Below are positions 55,550 to 64,000 of a stretch of DNA of 64,000 nt, piece by piece. The position numbers and the translations under genes were made by a program. The notes under the pieces were generated by a model. It was not told where the DNA came from and did not search any database. It was given only the letters and a program-made list of their open reading frames with translations. Source of the stretch: an uncultured Actinomycetes bacterium. Its GTDB lineage: Bacteria; Actinomycetota; Thermoleophilia; Gaiellales; Gaiellaceae. The stretch is from the NCBI GenBank assembly GCA_963814565.1, contig CAWFDO010000012.1, forward strand, positions 437-64,436, given 5' to 3'. Every line of letters begins with the position of its first letter. The stretch's first letter is position 1.

Positions 55550-57931
55550 TTAACGCCGCACGACGGTCACGCGCGCAGACACGACGCGCGAGTTCGGCAG
55601 GATCCGCGCGACGTTCTCCATGTTTCGCGTCTCCTGGTAGTCGGCGAGCTCGACGCGCAGCCGGTGCTGCCCGACCGCCAGGCCCGCGGTCGAGACGGCG
55701 ACGATCCCCTTGCGCAGGCTCACGCGCGTCGGGCGGCCGTCGACGGTCGCCTCGAGCGAGCGCGGGTCGACGCCTGCGCCGGCGTCGCGGACGCGGATCC
55801 GGACGGCCGACCCGACGCGGACGCTCCGGCTGACGATCGTGGCCGCCGGCGGTGTCACGTCGTTGATCCAGAAGCGGAAGCGGAACGCCCCGGCGCCGGC
55901 GGGGCTCGGGCTGTCGAAGACGACGTGGTACGTGCCGGGCTTCGGGTGGATCGCTCCGGCGACGAGCGTCGGGCCGCCGAACTCGTCGACGTACGGGTTG
56001 AGGTTGACGGGCAGGGCCGGGTACCCGGTCAGCCGGTTCTCGTTCCCGTCCGCGACGACCCGGGGCTCGACGCGGGACCCGGCGCCGCGCTGGGTGATGA
56101 CGACGCCGAAGTTCGCGACCCGGCCGGTGACGCGGACGCGGAAGACCTGCTCGGGGCCGTCGAGGCGGGACGAGACGGGCCCGGCGGCGGGGACCTCCGG
56201 ATAGCGATAGACGGCGACGCGTGCCGGGCGGCCGCGCGTGTCGCCCGCGTAGGCGCCGGGCCGCGCCAGCGCCTGGGCGGTCGTCCGGAGCTGCGGTACG
56301 GCGACCCGGCCCCAGAACGGTATGCGCCGCACGGCCGTGTCCCGTCGGAGCACGACAACCCCGGACACGTCCCCCTCCTGGGTACCGGACGTCAGGCCGA
56401 GCGTCAGCGGCCCGGGAACGACGGCCGCCGGTGCGACGGTCGCGGTCGTTCCCGCCGGCGCCGCGAGCGACTCGACCGTCGCGGTCCATGGTCCGGCCCC
56501 GCCGCCTGCGTCGGCGAGCGACACGGTGCTGCTGCGCGTCGCGCTCGCCCCGACCAGCCCGAACGAGACGGCGGTCGGGGTGGGTCGCACGAGCGGCGTG
56601 TCGGCGGCCGCGACGTCGACGAGCCCCGCTCCCGCCCGCGTCGTCGCGGAGGCGATGCCGCCGACCGTGACGGGTCGTGCCGTGACGCTGAGCGCCGCCT
56701 TCAGCTGCTCCGGGGTCCATTCCGGATGCCGCTGGAGGAGGAGTGCGACGGCGCCCGAGACGTGGGGCGCGGCCATGCTCGTCCCCGACGAGGTCGCCCA
56801 CCCATCGGGCTCGGCAGACAGGATCGAGGCCCCGGGGGCGACGATGTCGGGCTTGAGCCGGAGGGAGACCGGTGTGGGGCCCGAGGACGAGAAGCCCGCG
56901 ATCCCCGGTGCGGTGCCCGACGTGCTCGCCCCCACCGTGATCGCGCGCGTCGAGGTCCCCGGCGACGTCAACGAGCCCTGCCCGTAGTCGTCGAAGTCGT
57001 TCCCCGCCGCGACGACGGAGACGACTCCTGCCGCGGCCGCGGCGTCGAGCGCGAGCGCGACGATGTCCCGCGACGGCTCGATCTCGGGCTCGCCGATCGA
57101 GAGGTTGATCACGTCCATGCCGTCGGAGACGGCGGCCTCGATCGCGGCGACGAGCTCGGGTGCGTTGCCGTCGAGCCCGACGTCCGCGTCGGTGGGGATG
57201 GTGAGCGCCTTGTAGTTCCCGATGTACGCGCGCGGGGCGATCCCGCTGACCCGCGTGCCCTCTGCAAGCGTGTCGCGGTTCCCGGCGGCGATCCCGGCCA
57301 CGTGCGTCCCGTGGCTCGACTGTTCGGGGTCGAAGGGCTTCGAGGCGTGACGCCACGTCGCGCCCGGAGGCGGAAAAGCGCGGGCGACGATGACCTTCGC
57401 CGTCGTGTACTCGGCCTGGCCACGCGGATACCCGGGCGGCATCGCGTATCCCGCCGGATCGAAGAAACGGTGCCGCTGGTCGACGCCGTCGTCGATGATC
57501 CCGATCTTGATCCCGGCACCGGCGTTCGGGAAATCGGCGGCGGGCAGCTCGCGCGCGCGGATCGTCACCGCGTCGGGACCTGCCAGCACGTGGTACGTCG
57601 TCGGCGCGAACACCTCGCGCACGCCGGGCAGCCCGGAAAGACGCCGCAGGTCGCGCGTGAGGAGTACGACGGAGACGCCGTTGGCGACGAGCCGGTAGCG
57701 CCAGTGCACCGTCGCGCTCGGAATCCGGGCGCTCAACGCCTTCTCGAAGCGCCGCTGCTCCTCGTCGATCCGACGCGCGTCACCCGCGCCGGCGAGCCCC
57801 AGGGGCGGCGAGCGGAGGAGGACGACCACCTGGCTCCGGTCTCCCGCGACCGCGGTCGGGGCACGGTCGGACGCGCCGCCCACGAGCGCGAGGGCTACGA
57901 CGAGGAGTGAGAGTGCCAGCGCGCGCGTCAC
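55550..57931 (-). CDS. Secreted S8 (subtilisin/Vpr-like) serine peptidase
   Basis: Signal peptide; IGIIDDG; HGTHVAG; AAGN; SGTSMAAPHVSG. Confidence 0.93.
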   Translation of the reverse strand: MTRALALSLLVVALALVGGASDRAPTAVAGDRSQVVVLLRSPPLGLAGAGDARRIDEEQRRFEKALSARIPSATVHWRYRLVANGVSVVLLTRDLRRLSGLPGVREVFAPTTYHVLAGPDAVTIRARELPAADFPNAGAGIKIGIIDDGVDQRHRFFDPAGYAMPPGYPRGQAEYTTAKVIVARAFPPPGATWRHASKPFDPEQSSHGTHVAGIAAGNRDTLAEGTRVSGIAPRAYIGNYKALTIPTDADVGLDGNAPELVAAIEAAVSDGMDVINLSIGEPEIEPSRDIVALALDAAAAAGVVSVVAAGNDFDDYGQGSLTSPGTSTRAITVGASTSGTAPGIAGFSSSGPTPVSLRLKPDIVAPGASILSAEPDGWATSSGTSMAAPHVSGAVALLLQRHPEWTPEQLKAALSVTARPVTVGGIASATTRAGAGLVDVAAADTPLVRPTPTAVSFGLVGASATRSSTVSLADAGGGAGPWTATVESLAAPAGTTATVAPAAVVPGPLTLGLTSGTQEGDVSGVVVLRRDTAVRRIPFWGRVAVPQLRTTAQALARPGAYAGDTRGRPARVAVYRYPEVPAAGPVSSRLDGPEQVFRVRVTGRVANFGVVITQRGAGSRVEPRVVADGNENRLTGYPALPVNLNPYVDEFGGPTLVAGAIHPKPGTYHVVFDSPSPAGAGAFRFRFWINDVTPPAATIVSRSVRVGSAVRIRVRDAGAGVDPRSLEATVDGRPTRVSLRKGIVAVSTAGLAVGQHRLRVELADYQETRNMENVARILPNSRVVSARVTVVRR

Positions 57932-57942
57932 GGGGATTGAGA

Positions 57943-57967
57943 CGCCGACGACCGCCGCTTGTCGGCG
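57943..57967 (-). terminator. GC hairpin just outside the att repeat; probable original tRNA-Leu downstream terminator
   Basis: CGCCGAC-N11-GTCGGCG. Confidence 0.4.
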
Positions 57968-58035
57968 GGGTCCGCGCTATGCGGATGGTAGATACGAACC
58001 CCTGCAAATCGCCGGGACGTGTCTCAGAGCGTGTC

Positions 58036-58307
58036 TCACGACGCCTCAGCGACCGCTTCGAGACGCAGCGGCTTCGGCGGCGTCGGGCGATTCGCCTCGT
58101 CGCTGAACCTGCCGCCCGTCGTCTGCTCAGGCTCGTCAGGCACCGAGCGCAGGTGCCTGCGCACGACGGCACCGTCGCGGAGCCAGCCGCTCACCGTTCG
58201 CGGCGAGACGCCCGCTGCAGCCGCAGCCATCGGGATCGTCGCCCCGCGCGCGAGCGCCGTCTCGACCGCTCTATGGCCTGCGCTGTCGCCTTACTCGGGC
58301 GTGCCAC
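58036..58307 (-). CDS. Small phage/IS-type HTH protein (one frameshift; possibly a remnant)
   Basis: MARPSKATAQAIER/ETALARGATIPMAAAAAGVSPRTVSGWLRDG. Confidence 0.5.
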
Positions 58308-58316
58308 GATGCGGCC

Positions 58317-58751
58317 TCAGCGATACTCGGTCGCTCTGTCGATTGACCTGAAACCGCGTGTCGGAACGAGGGTCAGTTGGTTCAATCCAGGCCCTCTCGG
58401 GATCAGATCGACAACGAGCCATCCCTGCCACCGGCCCGATTTCGGAAACCGCGCTACGCACCTGAAACGGCTGTACTTCGGCACCTGCGTCGTAATCGCT
58501 GCGAGGTTCGACCCATACCCGAGCGTCCCGTTGGGACTCACGCTCATTGCCGCCTTCAGCCTGAACCTGGCCACCCCGACTCCCGCGCAGGCCGCGCTCG
58601 TAGCGAGCCTCGGTGCCTGCCGTAACGCGAAGGTCGCGTACTCAGGTGTCCACCACCACGCCGGACGCGCTGACGCAGTTGACCGAGCATCTGTCGCGGT
58701 GGGCGTGACGAGCAGCGCCACGAACACAAGAGCCAATGACAACCCGCGCAT
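58317..58751 (-). CDS. Secreted basic hypothetical protein (144 aa, 2 Cys)
   Basis: Signal peptide MRGLSLALVFVALLVTPTATDA; -10 CAGAAT 7 nt before ATG. Confidence 0.6.
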   Translation of the reverse strand: MRGLSLALVFVALLVTPTATDARSTASARPAWWWTPEYATFALRQAPRLATSAACAGVGVARFRLKAAMSVSPNGTLGYGSNLAAITTQVPKYSRFRCVARFPKSGRWQGWLVVDLIPRGPGLNQLTLVPTRGFRSIDRATEYR

Positions 58752-58920
58752 GGTGGTGATTCTGCACCCCTAGCGCAGAAGGAGTCGCCCGCGCGCGGCG
58801 CGAGCAGAGCACTGATCGTTGCTTTTCTGCACTCCACAGAGCACGAAGTCTTCTTCGCAGCGAGTGTCCCCGCCGAGGCAGGGCGGTGCCGGGTTGGTGG
58901 GCTCCCCGCGCCCGGTTCGG

Positions 58921-59061
58921 TCAGAGTGCTCGTCGCGTCAGCGACGCGCACGAGGGGCAGCGCCTCGGAGGAGGCTGCGTCCAGATCACCTTCCCAGCAC
59001 CCGTTCGCTGGATGTGCGCGAGGACGTAGTGGCCGCAGAGCGCCCTGACCGGTCGCTTCAT
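58921..59061 (-). CDS. 46-aa putative zinc-ribbon microprotein
   Basis: MKRPVRALCGHYVLAHIQRTGAGKVIWTQPPPRRCPSCASLTRRAL (manual translation, below ORF-track cutoff). Confidence 0.4.
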   Translation of the reverse strand: MKRPVRALCGHYVLAHIQRTGAGKVIWTQPPPRRCPSCASLTRRAL

Positions 59062-59445
59062 GCAGGGAACGGTAACGGTCGGTCCGGTCGTTCCCTCAGT
59101 CGCTCGTCGAGCTCCGTCTGTCGTGGGCGCTCGTCAAGCTCGCAGGGCGCGCCCTGTGAAGTCGCCCCCCGCGGCTCGCGCAACGAGTCCGGGGGCATGG
59201 CGACGAAGGGGAGTAGCCCACGTCACCCCCGTATCGTCGCGACGTCCGCGAGCGGCTGCGTCAGTCGTGAGACACGGACGATTCGTGTCTCAGATTCGTG
59301 CTCAGAGGCCCGGAATCGAGCCTCCCGACGCGCCGCGTGAGCGCTTGCGCCCAGACGCGTCGAGCGGCTGCAATGCAGCATCAGCGCTGAGGGCGTGGCT
59401 CGTTCTGTCGTCGTCTCTCGCGACGTGGCGAGAACGGGCCTGCTA

Positions 59446-59529
59446 TGCGGATGAGAGGACTTGAACCTCCACGCCCTTACGGGCACACGGACCTGAACCG
59501 TGCGCGTCTACCAATTCCGCCACATCCGC
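59446..59529 (-). tRNA. tRNA-Leu(CAG), long variable arm, CCA not encoded
   Basis: GCGGATGTGGCGGAATTGGTAGACGCG CACGG-TTCAGGT-CCGTG ..GGTTCAAGTCC TCTCATCCGCA. Confidence 0.97.
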
Positions 59530-59555
59530 GGGACGACCAGTGTAGCCAGGAGGGG

Positions 59556-60014
59556 TCAGGCGGACAGCGCGGCGAGCACCTGGTCCGCGTGCTCCGCCGG
59601 CTTCACCTTGCGAAACGCCTTCGCGATGTTCCCCTCGGCGTCGATGACGAACGTCGAGCGCTCGACGCCCATGTACGTCTTGCCGGCGAACGACTTCTCG
59701 CCCCACACGCCGTACGCGTCCGCGACCGCATGATCGGTGTCGGCAAGGAGGGTGAACGGCAGGTCATACTTCGCCTTGAACCTCTGGTGCGATGCCTCGC
59801 CGTCGGGGCTGACGCCGAGCACGACCGCACCCGCCTGCTCGAAGTCGCCCCACGCGTCCCGGATCGCACACGCCTGCGCGGTACAGCCGGGCGTGTCGTC
59901 CTTTGGGTAGAAATAGAGGACGACCGGCTTCCCGCGCAGCGATTCGAGGGATATGGCCTCGCCGGTGTCGCTCCGCAGGGCGAAGGACGGGGCGGGCTGG
60001 CCTTCCTCGATCAT
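59556..60014 (-). CDS. bcp: Thioredoxin-dependent peroxiredoxin Bcp/PrxQ
   Basis: VVLYFYPKDDTPGCTAQAC; GVSPD; ERSTFVID. Confidence 0.96.
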   Translation of the reverse strand: MIEEGQPAPSFALRSDTGEAISLESLRGKPVVLYFYPKDDTPGCTAQACAIRDAWGDFEQAGAVVLGVSPDGEASHQRFKAKYDLPFTLLADTDHAVADAYGVWGEKSFAGKTYMGVERSTFVIDAEGNIAKAFRKVKPAEHADQVLAALSA

Positions 60015-60108
60015 GTGCGTTCGGTCTCCTCGTTAGGGTGCGCGCGATGGTATCCGCACACGTGGTCGCGGGCTACGGCTGGAGTGGCGCATCATTCCTG
60101 CTCTTAGG

Positions 60109-60552
60109 ATGACCGAGCAGGCACCCCGGTGGACGCTGCATCTGGAGAAGACCCTGGCTGCGCCTCCCGAGCGTGTGTTCGCGGCCTGCGTCGAAGCCGA
60201 GAAGCTCGCCGAGTGGTGGGGTCCCACGGGATTCACCTCCCCGGGCATGCAACTCGACGTGCGCGAAGGAGGGCGGTACCGAATCACGATGCAGCCACCG
60301 GAAGGAGAAGCGTTCCATCTCCGTGGCGAGTTTCGCGAGATCGAAGTGCCACGTCGCCTCGTCTACACGTTCGTGTGGGAAGAGCCCGATCCTGACGATC
60401 AGGAGACGGTGGTCACGCTGACGTTCGAGCGGGCCGGCGAGCAGACCCGTCTCGTGCTCGACCAGGGGCCATTCACGACCGAGGCTCGACACGAACTGCA
60501 CCGGGCGGGGTGGACGGAAACGCTCAAACGGCTCGAACGAGCTGTTGCGTAG
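60109..60552 (+). CDS. SRPBCC/AHSA1 domain protein
   Basis: APPERVFAA..WWGPTGF..DVREGGRYRITM..PRRLVYTF..HRAGW. Confidence 0.9.
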   Translation: MTEQAPRWTLHLEKTLAAPPERVFAACVEAEKLAEWWGPTGFTSPGMQLDVREGGRYRITMQPPEGEAFHLRGEFREIEVPRRLVYTFVWEEPDPDDQETVVTLTFERAGEQTRLVLDQGPFTTEARHELHRAGWTETLKRLERAVA

Positions 60553-60599
60553 GGACCGGCAAGCGTCTAGACAGGCCGCGCCGTGACGCGTTTACTGTT

Positions 60600-60734
60600 T
60601 CAACGAGACAGCGAGTCGTCCTTCGGGTAGAAGTAGAGGACGACGGGCGTTCCTCTCAGATCCGCCAGGGAGACCGTCTCGCCCGAGTCGGACGGCAGCG
60701 AGAACTCGGGCGCGGGCAGTCCTTCCGTGACCAT
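60600..60734 (-). pseudogene. bcp: Truncated second bcp 5' end (44 aa)
   Basis: MVTEGLPAPEFSLPSDSGETVSLADLRGTPVVLYFYPKDD then SLSR-stop; homology ends before TPGC. Confidence 0.85.
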
Positions 60735-60848
60735 GCGGTCGGATGCTAACCCGGACTGCCGGGCGCTGCGAGCGAGAACTCCGAGCGGTCCAACCCGAGA
60801 GCCGAGGAACCGGGCTATTGCCTCGACCTGCTCGGGGCGCAGTGCAGG

Positions 60849-61070
60849 TCAGTGGTGTGCTTTGAGTCTCTCGTGGTCGGTTGAGAGCCTTTGCAGCTCA
60901 ACCGCGATCTCGCGGATGGCTTGCTCGAGGCGCTGGTCCCGGGCGATGAGATGTTCGATCACCTCGTGTATCGCCGTCGTGTGCAGGGGCGGCCAGGAAT
61001 CGTCGCGAGAGCCGAGTAACCTTTCGACTCTCTCGACAACGGTTTCGCAAGGGGATTCGAGGGCTGCCAT
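60849..61070 (-). CDS. 73-aa coiled-coil hypothetical protein
   Basis: RBS AAAGGGAGGG; MAALESPCETVVERVERLLG..RLEQAIREIAVELQRL. Confidence 0.55.
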   Translation of the reverse strand: MAALESPCETVVERVERLLGSRDDSWPPLHTTAIHEVIEHLIARDQRLEQAIREIAVELQRLSTDHERLKAHH

Positions 61071-61258
61071 CGTCCCTCCCTTTGTTGGACTCCACCATGA
61101 TCCGCCCTCCGACACGCAGGCGCAATCCGGGACAACCCCGATCTCGTCGGGACAAACCCTGAACCTGAGCGTCAACGCCGGGGTCCGTGCTCGACGTCAG
61201 CGACTTCTCAGCGGCTACGAGGTCGGCAAGTCACCCAGCGAGGACGACCCGACGAGCG

Positions 61259-61486
61259 TTACGGAGTTGCCTTCCGCCGTATCGTCGTGTCCGAGCCTGG
61301 GTAATGGATCGACTCGTGCTCCTCGTCCCAGAGGACTCGGTAGCGCACGTGTTCCGGCGTGCCGAGCACCTCGACGATGAGGCCGGTGCGCTCGTGCTCA
61401 CCGACGGCATGGGCGTGCACGACGACCCAGTCGCCCGCTCGTGCGGGGCGGCCGCTCTCGGGTGGTGTGGTCGCTTTTCTTGGCAT
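61259..61486 (-). CDS. DUF1918-like small protein
   Basis: ARAGDWVVV..RTGLIVEVLG..YRVLWDEEHESIHYPGSD. Confidence 0.75.
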   Translation of the reverse strand: MPRKATTPPESGRPARAGDWVVVHAHAVGEHERTGLIVEVLGTPEHVRYRVLWDEEHESIHYPGSDTTIRRKATP

Positions 61487-61493
61487 CGCTCCG

Positions 61494-61878
61494 ATGGTCA
61501 CTCCGGTCGCGTTCGACGACATCCGGGAACCGCCTGATCGCCGCTCGTGGCCACGTCGCCAACGTCGGCGTCCACGGCAAGCCGGCAACCCTGCACCTCG
61601 AGCGGCTGTGGATCAAGGACGTGACGATCACTACCGATCTGGTGGACAGCTGCACGACGCCACGCCTGATGCAGCTCATCGAGGCCGGGAAGCTGGATCC
61701 GGCGGTCTTCACGACGCATCGGTTCTCGCTCGACGACGCGATGGCCGCATACGATGCCTTCGCGGACGCAGCGACGTCGGGAGCGTTCAAGGTCGTGCTC
61801 GAAGGAGAGAAGCATTTGCAGCTCGTGCCCGCCGAGGCGGCGCTCGTAGGCGCACGGGATGTCGACGACGTCCACTGA
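61494..61878 (+). pseudogene. C-terminal fragment of a zinc-dependent alcohol dehydrogenase
   Basis: GHVANVGVHGKPATLHLERLWIKDVTITTDLVD..THRFSLDDAMAAYDAF..FKVVL; no N-terminal Zn/NAD domain upstream. Confidence 0.7.
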
Positions 61879-64000
61879 CGCCGTCGACGTCATCCTCCGG
61901 GACGGTCGCACGCTTCGGCTGCGACCGCCCCGGCGGGAGGACGCCGAGGCGCTGCTCGAGTTCTTCCGGTCCCTCTCCGAGCAGAGCCTTTACCTCCGGT
62001 TTCACGGCTTCCCCTCGCTGGAGCCGAGACTCGTCGAGCCGCTCCTCTGTCCTGACTGGATCGAGCGGGGCGCACTTCTCGGGACACTCGCCGACGACGG
62101 GGGCGAGCAGGTCGTCGCCGTTGCCAACTACGTCCGGCTTCGCGACCCGGTCGCAGCCGAAGCGGCGTTCGCGGTCGCCGACGAGCATCAGCGGCGCGGC
62201 ATCGGCACGCGCCTGCTCGAGCGGCTCGCGGAGCGCGCCGCCGAGGTCGGAATCGAGCGATTCGTCGCGGAGGTGATGGCCGACAACCGAAGCATGCTGG
62301 GCGTCTTCGGGGCGGTCGGCTTCGAGCTGACGCGCGAGCTCGAGGGGGGCGAGGTCGAGGTGCAGTTCCCGATCGCGCCCACCGAGCGCTATCGCGTTCG
62401 GGTGGAGGAGCGCGACCACGCCGCGGTGACGGCGTCGCTGCGACCGTTCTTCGAGCCGCGCGCCGTGGCCGTGATCGGGGCATCGCGGCGACGCGGCACG
62501 ATCGGCGGCGAGCTGTTCCGGAACGTCCTCGCGGGTGACTTCGTCGGCGCCGCGTACCCCGTCAACAAGAACGGCGAGCCCGTCGCCGGCGTCCGCGGCT
62601 ATGCGTCGGTCCGTGAGATCCCCGAGCCGGTCGACCTGGCGGTGATCGCGCTGCCGGGGGCTGCAGTGCACGCCGCCGCCGACGAGGCGCTCCAGGCCGG
62701 CGTTCGTGCCCTGCTCGTCATCTCGGCCGGGTTTGCGGAGGTCGGGCGGGAGGGCGCCGAGCGTCAGGAGCGGCTGCTCGAGCTGGTCCGGTCACACGGT
62801 GCGCGGCTGATCGGGCCCAATTGCCTCGGGATCGCCGTCGCGGGCGCGTCGCTCGATGCGACCTTCGCGGCGCGGTCGGCGGCGCGCGGGAACATCGGCT
62901 TCTCCTCCCAGAGCGGCGCCCTCGGTGTGGCTTTCCTCGAGGCGGCGGAGGCACGGGGTCTCGGTCTCTCCGCGTTCGTCTCGATCGGCAACAAGGCGGA
63001 TGTCTCCTCGAACGACCTGCTCGAGTGGTGGGAGGACGACGTCGCGACCGACGTCATCCTTCTCTACCTCGAATCGTTCGGCAACCCCCGCCGGTTCGGA
63101 GGGCTGGCGCGCCGCGTCTCGCGCCGCAAGCCGATCCTCGCGCTGAAGGGCGGCACGACCCTTTCGGGCCAGCGTGCCGCGAGCTCGCACACCGCCGCGC
63201 TCGCCGGCTCCGACGCGGCCGTGGACGCGCTCTTCCGTCAGGCCGGCGTCATCCGAGCGACCTCGCTGGAGGAGCTCATCGACGTCGCCGCGCTGCTCTC
63301 CAGCCAGCCGGAGACGAAGGGGCGCCGGGTCGGCATCCTCACCAATGCCGGAGGGCTCGGGATCCTCTGCGCCGACGTCTGCGACGCCGTCGGGCTCGAA
63401 CTGCCGGAGCTGACCGACGGAACGCGCGAGCGGCTCGCTGCGCTGCTCTCGACGGAGTCGAGCCTCGGAAACCCCGTCGACATGCTCGGCGGCGCGACGG
63501 CGGGCACGTACGCAGAGGCTCTACCGCTCGTGCTCGCCGATGCCCAGGTCGACGCGCTCATCGTCCTGTTCGTGCCCACCGTCGCCGCGTCGGCGGACGA
63601 CGTGGCGCAGGCGATCGACCGCGCGGTTGTGGAGACCGCGGCAGGCAAGCCGGTACTGGCGGTCGTGATGACAGCGGCCGGGATTCCGGACGCGCTCCGT
63701 CACGGTCGAGGGCGTGTCGCGGCTTTCGCGTACCCGGAGGCGGCCGCGCGGGCGCTCGGCCGCGCAGCAGCGCGGGCCGAGTGGCTGCGCCGCCCTCACG
63801 GGACGGTGCCCGAGGTCGACGGGATCGACCGCCGGGCTGCCGAGCGCGTCGTCAGCGCCGCGTTGTCGCGGGGGGACGACGTCTGGCTCGAGGCCCCCGA
63901 GGCACGAGAGCTTCTTCTCGCGTACGGCCTGCCGCTCGTCCCCGAGCGGGTCGCGAGGACCGTCGACGATGCCGTGGCGGCCGCTCGCGAGCTCGGCTTC
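61859..64000 (+). CDS. Pat-type protein lysine acetyltransferase (N-terminal GNAT + NDP-forming acyl-CoA synthetase-like domains); runs off window
   Basis: DVILRDGRTLRLRP..SLYLRF..AFAVADEHQRRGIG; VAVIGAS; LIGPNCLG; SQSGALG; SIGNKADVS; SHTAALAG; TNAGGLG. Confidence 0.92.
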   Translation, partial: MSTTSTDAVDVILRDGRTLRLRPPRREDAEALLEFFRSLSEQSLYLRFHGFPSLEPRLVEPLLCPDWIERGALLGTLADDGGEQVVAVANYVRLRDPVAAEAAFAVADEHQRRGIGTRLLERLAERAAEVGIERFVAEVMADNRSMLGVFGAVGFELTRELEGGEVEVQFPIAPTERYRVRVEERDHAAVTASLRPFFEPRAVAVIGASRRRGTIGGELFRNVLAGDFVGAAYPVNKNGEPVAGVRGYASVREIPEPVDLAVIALPGAAVHAAADEALQAGVRALLVISAGFAEVGREGAERQERLLELVRSHGARLIGPNCLGIAVAGASLDATFAARSAARGNIGFSSQSGALGVAFLEAAEARGLGLSAFVSIGNKADVSSNDLLEWWEDDVATDVILLYLESFGNPRRFGGLARRVSRRKPILALKGGTTLSGQRAASSHTAALAGSDAAVDALFRQAGVIRATSLEELIDVAALLSSQPETKGRRVGILTNAGGLGILCADVCDAVGLELPELTDGTRERLAALLSTESSLGNPVDMLGGATAGTYAEALPLVLADAQVDALIVLFVPTVAASADDVAQAIDRAVVETAAGKPVLAVVMTAAGIPDALRHGRGRVAAFAYPEAAARALGRAAARAEWLRRPHGTVPEVDGIDRRAAERVVSAALSRGDDVWLEAPEARELLLAYGLPLVPERVARTVDDAVAAARELGF

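Larger units (their letters stand above)
57976..59453. mobile_element. Integrase-less mini integrative element/prophage remnant at the tRNA-Leu 3' end
   Basis: 12-bp direct repeat GCTATGCGGATG at 57976-57987 and 59442-59453 (tRNA 3' end); CGTGTCTCA repeats inside both ends. Confidence 0.75.

Noticed and set aside
58018-59304. CRISPR array or IS terminal repeats from the CGTGTCTCA repeats
   Set aside because: Repeats are 9 bp with no regular spacers, and no cas or transposase gene; the arrangement fits integrase arm sites better
59223-59706. ORFs overlapping the tRNA
   Set aside because: Spurious translations of the tRNA-Leu and bcp alternative frames
60600-60734. Selenocysteine-containing Bcp (TGA read-through)
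   Set aside because: The TGA is not at the peroxidatic Cys position, and the sequence after YPKDD has no Bcp homology

Overview
High-GC actinobacterial chromosome segment. Codon style, many leaderless genes and secreted-protein style suggest Thermoleophilia/Gaiellales (inference). Many single-base indels, densest at 1-7 kb and 25.7-32 kb, look like long-read consensus errors, so several genes were stitched across frames by hand. Layout: (1) 1.1-14.7 kb and 42.1-54.7 kb are two halves of an uncharacterised catabolic system (non-CODH CoxMSL/G molybdenum hydroxylase, CrtI-like FAD oxidoreductase, two luciferase-like monooxygenases plus flavin reductase, remodelled M20 and M24 hydrolases, DRE-TIM lyase, RidA, two PanE-like reductases, FAH hydrolase, ABC importer), linked by a shared palindrome TGACATGTCA at their promoters. 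(2) Nested between them (14.8-42.1 kb) is a lignin-monomer island: Cou-type hydroxycinnamate beta-oxidation, LigM-type O-demethylase, PobA, pcaIJHGBCF without pcaD, and a non-canonical gallate/oxalomesaconate branch (VOC dioxygenase, DUF6282, DUF1932, GalB, GalC), with its own MarR and IclR operator sets. (3) 54.7-64 kb holds tag, an S8 protease, a 1.45-kb integrase-less element in tRNA-Leu(CAG) with att repeats and arm-type sites, bcp with a displaced duplicate 5' end, small accessory genes and a Pat-type lysine acetyltransferase that runs off the window.
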